Source of the DNA: Candidatus Nomurabacteria bacterium
Lineage (GTDB): Bacteria > Patescibacteriota > Minisyncoccia > Phycocordibacterales > UBA9973
Length of the DNA: 36,744 bases
Reading direction: 5' to 3'
NCBI GenBank assembly: GCA_943350045.1
Contig: CALQZW010000002.1
Location: 1-36,744 of the forward strand
Shown: positions 31,516-36,744 of the stretch, in pieces
Position numbering within the stretch: the first letter of the stretch is position 1
Layout of the letters: every line of letters begins with the position of its first letter
Program-made: the position numbers and the translations under genes
Notes under the pieces: generated by a model
Databases searched by the model: none
Told to the model about the DNA's origin: nothing
Seen by the model: only the letters and a program-made list of their open reading frames with translations

Positions 31516-31935
31516 TTACGCGAGAACTTTTTTTGGTTCAGTGGTTACTCTTGGTGCAAAAATTGTGAGTATGTACCAAGCCATGAAGAAGTAGTAAAAA
31601 TTCATCGCCAGATAGTTATTATCTGGGTGAGAACTTGTACATATTTTTTTTAAAAAGAAAAAATGTACCAAGCCAATTACTATCGCTGCAACTCGAGTTC
31701 CAATACGTTCTTTTTTTGTCGGAAACGAATCCGACAATTCAATAAATGGGGCCAGTAAGCCTGCGAACCCTGTTAGCAAGGTGCCAAAACACAATAAGTC
31801 GTACTGAGCTAGATCTTTCGTATATACTTCATCAAAGTAGGCAACGATACATCCGCCAGCCAGTGCCATGTAATAGAGGATAATGCTCGACATTGTCCAG
31901 ATTTTGTATTTCATTGTTAAATTGGTTTGACTCAT
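31516..31935 (-). CDS. hypothetical membrane protein (4 TM)
   Basis: Hydrophobic ORF with an uncertain start: ATG at 31935, 31914 or 31977. I recognise no family. Confidence 0.5.
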   Translation of the reverse strand: MSQTNLTMKYKIWTMSSIILYYMALAGGCIVAYFDEVYTKDLAQYDLLCFGTLLTGFAGLLAPFIELSDSFPTKKERIGTRVAAIVIGLVHFFFLKKICTSSHPDNNYLAMNFYYFFMAWYILTIFAPRVTTEPKKVLA

Positions 31936-31968
31936 ATATACCATATTATTCTGGTATACTGCAAAGGC

Positions 31969-32712
31969 ATGACACAAAAAACGTTTAGCTATCTTTTCTA
32001 TGGACTCTTTATCCTCATAGGAGCGCTCAGTATCGGTTTCGTTCCCGGAGCGCTTTCATATCCCTACGGCTCAGCTATTGCCATCTGCATCATCTCGCTC
32101 CCGCTTGTCGTGGCGCTGTACAAAAACTTCGGACTTCAAAAGACAGTGCTTTCGTTTCTTGTCCTCTCGCTCTTTGCACTCGCAATTGAATACACTGGGC
32201 TTGTAACCGGCTGGCCATATGGACACTTTGAGTACACAGGAGAGCTCGGTGCTCGTATTTTTGGCATCTTGCCATGGACTGTTGGATTTTCCTGGACTCC
32301 GCTCATGCTCGGAGCAGTCGCCATGGTATATCCGTTTACGAAGAGTAAAACTCTGCGCATCCTTTTGCCTGTCGTTATTCTTGTTGTTTTTGACTTACTT
32401 CTCGATCCTGTTGCAGTGTCTGTCGGCATGTGGCAGTTCGCCGAGCAGGGAGCGTACTACGGAGTTCCGTTTCGTAACTTTGTCGGATGGGGGATCTCTG
32501 GCTTGATTGGGTCACAGATTAGCTATCTTCTTTTTGTCAAGGCTCCGGCGCGTGCCATGGCTTCGCTTGGTATAAGTTTCTATATCAGCATTGCACTCTG
32601 GACACTCGTCGCACTCTTCCGTGGCCTCTACATTCCGTTTGCTATCGGCCTTGTTCTGTCGGTTTTAGTCGCCGTGATACACTACAGATATGCAAAAAAT
32701 TCTGGCAATTAG
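31969..32712 (+). CDS. carotenoid biosynthesis membrane protein (DUF422/CruF-like hydratase family, tentative)
   Basis: 247 aa from ATG 31969, which lies 8 nt after TGgTATACT. It is a polytopic membrane protein with IEYTGLVTGWPYGHFEYT and DLLLDPVAVSVGMWQF blocks, like the Caroten_synth family. It overlaps the following UbiA-type gene by 23 nt. Confidence 0.55.
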   Translation: MTQKTFSYLFYGLFILIGALSIGFVPGALSYPYGSAIAICIISLPLVVALYKNFGLQKTVLSFLVLSLFALAIEYTGLVTGWPYGHFEYTGELGARIFGILPWTVGFSWTPLMLGAVAMVYPFTKSKTLRILLPVVILVVFDLLLDPVAVSVGMWQFAEQGAYYGVPFRNFVGWGISGLIGSQISYLLFVKAPARAMASLGISFYISIALWTLVALFRGLYIPFAIGLVLSVLVAVIHYRYAKNSGN

Positions 32713-33517
32713 TCGTCCACGATTTTGGATGTACACACTCGGTCCATTTCTGGTCGGGTCGGTTTCGCTCTTTGGATTTCCCTACCATTTTCCGCTGGAG
32801 TTTTTCGTCTTTCTTGTATATTTCACATTCCCTGCAAATATTTTCATCTACGGGATAAACGACATATATGACAGAGCAACAGACATGCTCAATGCCAAAA
32901 AGCAAGGATATGAGCAAGTACTCAAGCCAGAATATGACGGCATGCTCCGCACAGTAATTGCGCTTAGTAACATTCCATTTTGGATCTACGCAGTCGTGGT
33001 TCTTCCTCCCGTCGCCCTCATTCTTTTTGCCGTCTTCGTCTTTCTCTCATGGCAGTATTCCGCTCCACCGATTCGCGCCAAGGCAGTTCCTTTTCTCGAC
33101 AGTATCTTTAGCGGGTTTTTGTATATAGTTCCGGGAGCTGTGATATGGGCCTTTCTCTTTAACGCATGGCCTCCTATGCTTGCTATAGTCGGCGGATTTT
33201 TGTGGTCATTTGCCATGCATGCGTATTCAGCCGTTCCAGACATTCAGGCCGACAGGGAGGCGGGAATTGCCACCGGTGCTACATTGCTCGGAAAGCAGGG
33301 AATACTCGCCGTATGCGCGATTCTGTACGCTCTAGCAGGCGTTATTGGAGCGATGTATGTCGGTCCGTTTGCCTATATTGCTGGAGGTATATATGTAGCC
33401 CTTGTCGGAGTATCCATGTACAAGAAAACCCCCGCCGAAGTCCTTGGTATCTACAAACTGTTTCCGGTGATTAATACCGTGATTGGAGGGGTACTGTTTT
33501 TCTTGTTGGTGGTATAG
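32690..33517 (+). CDS. UbiA-family prenyltransferase (lycopene elongase LyeJ/CrtEb-like by context)
   Basis: 275-aa polytopic ORF with the two UbiA Asp-rich motifs NDIYDRATD (NDxxDxxxD) and DIQAD. It is translationally coupled to the CruF-like gene and faces crtI/crtB. Confidence 0.7.
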   Translation: MQKILAISRPRFWMYTLGPFLVGSVSLFGFPYHFPLEFFVFLVYFTFPANIFIYGINDIYDRATDMLNAKKQGYEQVLKPEYDGMLRTVIALSNIPFWIYAVVVLPPVALILFAVFVFLSWQYSAPPIRAKAVPFLDSIFSGFLYIVPGAVIWAFLFNAWPPMLAIVGGFLWSFAMHAYSAVPDIQADREAGIATGATLLGKQGILAVCAILYALAGVIGAMYVGPFAYIAGGIYVALVGVSMYKKTPAEVLGIYKLFPVINTVIGGVLFFLLVV

Positions 33518-33627
33518 AAAGGGTATGAAAAAAGCCCGACCATTTCTGATCGAGCTTTGAGATGAACCAAACAAATCATTTTTTACCGAGGAATTTTTTT
33601 TAAAAATTTGAGATCTACACAGGTAAT

Positions 33628-33658
33628 AAAAAATCACTTTGATTTACAAAGTGATTTT
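33628..33658. terminator. bidirectional intrinsic terminator
   Basis: 12-bp stem AAAATCACTTTG (33630-33641) / CAAAGTGATTTT (33647-33658) flanked by A and T runs. It lies between the prenyltransferase (+) and the 123-aa gene (-). Confidence 0.75.
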
Positions 33659-33702
33659 AATAGCTATGAATCTGGCTCAATTTTGCGAAGCGTCTAGTTC
33701 TC

Positions 33703-34074
33703 TTAAAGGATTCTAAATTTACCTCTAGAAAGAGAATTTCCTTTCTTTGCTAAAGTATCAAAATACTGTATTTCGGAATCTACTGACTTATCGCCAGTTA
33801 CAGGACTTTTGTACTGGATATGATAACGCCCAGGACTTATTGTTAGTCGTATACTCTCCTTATCGCTTATGTGAATCCACGGAAAACAAATGGTAGCATA
33901 TTCTGTAGTATATATTTCTAAAACATAAGACTGGGGCACAAAGTAGATTTTCATAAAATACCAGTATGCGTCAAGCTTATGAAAAAAAGAAATTTCTATT
34001 TTTCGTCCAAGTAAGTCAGATCCATGTTTGATACCTAAGCTTTGAAAGAGCTCCCTCTGTAAATTTTTCTTCAT
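33703..34074 (-). CDS. orphan small protein P123 (paralog of 23863..24207)
   Basis: 123-aa ORF in an AT-rich insert. It shares sequence blocks with P114; see 23863..24207. Confidence 0.6.
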   Translation of the reverse strand: MKKNLQRELFQSLGIKHGSDLLGRKIEISFFHKLDAYWYFMKIYFVPQSYVLEIYTTEYATICFPWIHISDKESIRLTISPGRYHIQYKSPVTGDKSVDSEIQYFDTLAKKGNSLSRGKFRIL

Positions 34075-34082
34075 CGTTGTTG

Positions 34083-34136
34083 TTTTTAAAGGTGACCGCA
34101 GAAGACATTAGAATCTTCTCTGGTCACCTTTAAAAA
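34083..34136. promoter_or_regulatory. 54-nt hairpin in the 5' UTR of P123 / possible terminator of the crt operon
   Basis: 15-bp perfect arms TTTTTAAAGGTGACC (34083-34097) / GGTCACCTTTAAAAA (34122-34136), plus an inner AGAAGA/TCTTCT pairing. Confidence 0.6.
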
Positions 34137-34161
34137 TTGTCAAAAAAACGTATCTGATTAC

Positions 34162-34189
34162 ATAATACGATAATATTAAGTTTTGTCAA
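34162..34189 (-). promoter_or_regulatory. promoter of P123 cassette
   Basis: Minus strand: TTGACA (34189-34184), 16 nt spacer, TATTAT (34167-34162). This is the same architecture as the P114 promoter. Confidence 0.5.
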
Positions 34190-34253
34190 ACATTTGCTCC
34201 GAACTTGGGAGGATGTTCGGAATGCAACGAATGGTATTCGTTAATCTCGTAAA

Positions 34254-35762
34254 CTAGAGCTCTTTAAGTGGATGGACATCTTTACTTCCTGTAATACGCT
34301 TGTAAACAAGTTCGGCGGAGATGAGACAGATTGGCATTCCGATTCCTGGGTTTGTACCGGCTCCTGCGTAAAAGAGGTTCGGTACTTTTTTGTGTACATT
34401 ATTTGGGCGGAAGAGGGCAGTCTGGCTGAATGTGTGCGCAAGCCCGAGTGCTGTTCCTTTGTATGCGTTGTAGTCTTTCTGGAAATCTTTTACAGAATAT
34501 ACTTGCTGGTATTTTATGCGCCCGCGAATATTTTCTACACCTGCGTACTGCTGAATCTCATCAAGAATCTTTTCCGTATATTCTTTTTCAAACTCAGGCG
34601 TATATTCCAATCCTGAAGCAATCGGAACAAGCACGAAAATATTTTCATGGTTTGCCGGCGCTACGCTTGGATCTGTTTTTGACGGCATGCAGAGATAGAA
34701 AGAAGGGTCAGTAGGCCACTCTGGCTTGTCGAAAATTTGCTCAAATCCTTTCTGCCAGTCTTTTGCGAAGATGAGGTTGTGGTGTTCAAGAGTCGGAATT
34801 TTTCCTTCTACTCCGAGGTAGAGAATGAAGGCAGATGGAGCCAAGACGCGTGAATCCCAATACTCTGGAGAGTGTTGGCGATATTCTGGCGCAAGGAGGT
34901 GTTCGTCGGTAAAGGTAACGTCGGCGTTTGACACGACGATATCAGCAGAGAGAACTGTTCCATCGGCAAGACGGACTCCGTTTGCGGTGTTGTTTTCAAT
35001 CAAAATCTGCTCGACTTCTGTATTCGTCATAATGTTCACTCCATGCTTTTTCGCCATGGCTTCAAGGGCGCGAGGAAGCTGCCAAATACCTCCATCTGGA
35101 TACCAGACTCCAAGTCCGAAGTCGACATAGTTCATCATACTGTAGATTCCTGGGCAGTCTCCGGGAGCTGTTCCAAGGAGAATCATCTGGTACTGCATGA
35201 CTTTCTGTAATATTTCGCTCTTGAACTTTGATTCAATGATTGCCTTTTGCTTACGAAGAAGGGGAAGTTTGTATCCTACTTTGGCAACACTCCAACTCAT
35301 GAAGTCGAGGATTGAGTTGTAGTTTTTGAACATGAACTCGTTGTAGGCAATGCTGTACTGAAGCTTGAGTTTTTCTAAAAACTTTACGAGTACCTTTCCA
35401 CTACCTGGCTCGAGAGTTTCAAATGTTTCTGTATTTTTTACGATGTCTCCGTAGAAATCGTAGTGCTTCATGTCGCTCTTTAAAATGATGCGATATGACG
35501 GAGCAAGTTTCTGGAGGTTGTAGTAGTCAGATGTTTTCTCTCCCATGAGTGAAAAGAAATGGTCGAACACGTCCGGCATCATGTACCAGCTTGGACCCAT
35601 GTCAAAAACGAATCCATCTTTTTCAAAGACACGAGCGCGACCACCGACAGTGCTGTTCTTTTCGATGAGTGTCACTGTGTATCCTTTTTTCGCGAGGAGG
35701 CAGGCAGTTCCAAGGCCTCCGAGCCCTGCACCGATGACGATGACTGATTTTTTTGTGTCCAT
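34254..35762 (-). CDS. crtI: phytoene desaturase family (CrtI/CrtD-type FAD oxidoreductase)
   Basis: 502-aa ORF with an N-terminal dinucleotide fold VIVIGAGLGGLGTACLLAKKGYTVTLIEKNSTVGGRA and a C-terminal YAGAGTNPGIGMPICLISAELV signature. Confidence 0.85.
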   Translation of the reverse strand: MDTKKSVIVIGAGLGGLGTACLLAKKGYTVTLIEKNSTVGGRARVFEKDGFVFDMGPSWYMMPDVFDHFFSLMGEKTSDYYNLQKLAPSYRIILKSDMKHYDFYGDIVKNTETFETLEPGSGKVLVKFLEKLKLQYSIAYNEFMFKNYNSILDFMSWSVAKVGYKLPLLRKQKAIIESKFKSEILQKVMQYQMILLGTAPGDCPGIYSMMNYVDFGLGVWYPDGGIWQLPRALEAMAKKHGVNIMTNTEVEQILIENNTANGVRLADGTVLSADIVVSNADVTFTDEHLLAPEYRQHSPEYWDSRVLAPSAFILYLGVEGKIPTLEHHNLIFAKDWQKGFEQIFDKPEWPTDPSFYLCMPSKTDPSVAPANHENIFVLVPIASGLEYTPEFEKEYTEKILDEIQQYAGVENIRGRIKYQQVYSVKDFQKDYNAYKGTALGLAHTFSQTALFRPNNVHKKVPNLFYAGAGTNPGIGMPICLISAELVYKRITGSKDVHPLKEL

Positions 35763-35766
35763 ATGA

Positions 35767-36609
35767 TTAAAAAAGATGAGTGGTTATAATGCGAAGTTTT
35801 TGGGAGAGGGGAACGCGTGTTCGGCCTCTGAATATTCTGCTTGGGTCTTTCGATATCTTCTCAAATATACCCTTGTAGAGCCCGTAGGCCATGCGTACGG
35901 CTCTCCGGCCGCCCTTTGTGAGCATTGGTATGCCGGCTAGTCCGTGTGCGTAGAGTTTCTGTGTTCGTTGTATTTCAAATTCTAGCAAGGCAAGCACTTT
36001 TTCATTCGGAGTTGTTGTGCGGAGCATGTCCTCTGTAATTCCATATGTCTCCATGTCCTCTTGTGGAAGATATATTCTTCCGCGTTCTAGGTCTTCGACG
36101 ACGTCGCGTAAGAAGTTTGTCATTTGAAATGCTTCAGCGAGTGAGCGAGCGTGGGGAAGTGCATCACCAGTATATCCAATCAGGTGTGACATCATGTATC
36201 CGACAACTGTTGCCGAGCCCATCATATACTCTTCTAGTTCGGCATATGTTCGGTAGCGATTTTTTTCTGTATCAGCAAACATGGCGCTCAGAAATATTTC
36301 ACTATACTCAAATGGAATGTTTTTTTCTTTCCATAGTACTGCGTTGGCGCGAAGAATTGGATGCACGTCCAGATCCCCGTTATATGCTCGCAGCCAGTCT
36401 TGTTTCCATGCATTTAGTTTTTCTTTCGCTTTGCTCGGATCTTTCTCCTCCGTGTCCACTATCTCATCTGGATATCTGACAAATGCATACAGAACCCACG
36501 TTGCTTGGCGGAGTTCTTTTGCAAAGAAATATGTGGCGATATAGTACGAAGTTCCGTACTTTTTCGTCATTTGTTGGCAGATTTTTGCGTCAGCGGAATA
36601 GGTATTCAT
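35767..36609 (-). CDS. crtB: phytoene/squalene synthase family
   Basis: 280-aa ORF with YAFVRYPDEIVD (signature 1) and MTNFLRDVVEDLERGRIYLP (signature 2). Its stop lies 4 nt before the crtI ATG. Confidence 0.9.
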   Translation of the reverse strand: MNTYSADAKICQQMTKKYGTSYYIATYFFAKELRQATWVLYAFVRYPDEIVDTEEKDPSKAKEKLNAWKQDWLRAYNGDLDVHPILRANAVLWKEKNIPFEYSEIFLSAMFADTEKNRYRTYAELEEYMMGSATVVGYMMSHLIGYTGDALPHARSLAEAFQMTNFLRDVVEDLERGRIYLPQEDMETYGITEDMLRTTTPNEKVLALLEFEIQRTQKLYAHGLAGIPMLTKGGRRAVRMAYGLYKGIFEKISKDPSRIFRGRTRVPLSQKLRIITTHLF

Positions 36610-36615
36610 GAAAAA

Positions 36616-36744
36616 TTAGTGAGTGCGAGCAGTGAGCATGGATACGACCTGAAGAAACTCTGCCTTTGCATTCTCGGGAATGTCGGAATTGGTCAGTGTT
36701 TTTTCTGCAATTTCTTTCTGGTCTGCAATATATTTTTCTGCGTA
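36616..36744 (-). CDS. polyprenyl (geranylgeranyl) diphosphate synthase, C-terminal fragment (5' end outside window)
   Basis: The minus strand reads ...YAEKYIADQKEIAEKTLTNSDIPENAKAEFLQVVSMLTARTH*. This resembles the helical C-terminus of trans-isoprenyl diphosphate synthases. It lies directly upstream of crtB. The call rests on a short fragment plus context. Confidence 0.45.
   Translation of the reverse strand, partial: YAEKYIADQKEIAEKTLTNSDIPENAKAEFLQVVSMLTARTH

Noticed and set aside
1-36744. CRISPR arrays, rRNA genes, IS elements, integrases, prophage genes
   Set aside because: I saw no regularly spaced short repeats, no rRNA-like sequence, and no transposase or recombinase motifs in any frame of the ORF track. 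The only direct repeats longer than 100 bp are R1 and R2.

Overview
The gene content suggests a chromosomal segment from a small-genome, Patescibacteria/CPR-like bacterium. This is an inference from three things: an HTH-MurA fusion, a short ValRS, and almost no Shine-Dalgarno sequences with many apparently leaderless genes.

Core genes:
- rplM (3' fragment) and rpsI
- a standalone MGMT-like domain, msrA and dinB
- hsp20, a PrsW-family protease and valS
- a cell-wall amidase, a NUDIX hydrolase and a sugar nucleotidyltransferase
- tsaD, HTH-murA and murB
- an ABC exporter and an MFS transporter
- nrdA and nrdB; the NrdB has class Ic-type ligands
- a carotenoid locus: a GGPP synthase fragment, crtB and crtI facing a CruF-like gene and a UbiA prenyltransferase

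A 1.3-kaa surface protein combines a beta-helix domain with an LCAT-type lipase.

The accessory part lies at about 22.6-25.8 kb. A tRNA-Val(GAC) gene has its 3' end present three times. A roughly 2.2-kb, lower-GC islet with no integrase is bracketed by two 168-bp, highly structured direct repeats. The islet carries two orphan genes. One of them sits behind a near-consensus promoter and a roughly 230-nt structured leader RNA.

A paralogous small-gene cassette also interrupts the carotenoid locus. The murA-murB spacer is a 40-bp perfect palindrome. I saw no rRNA, CRISPR array, transposase or integrase.
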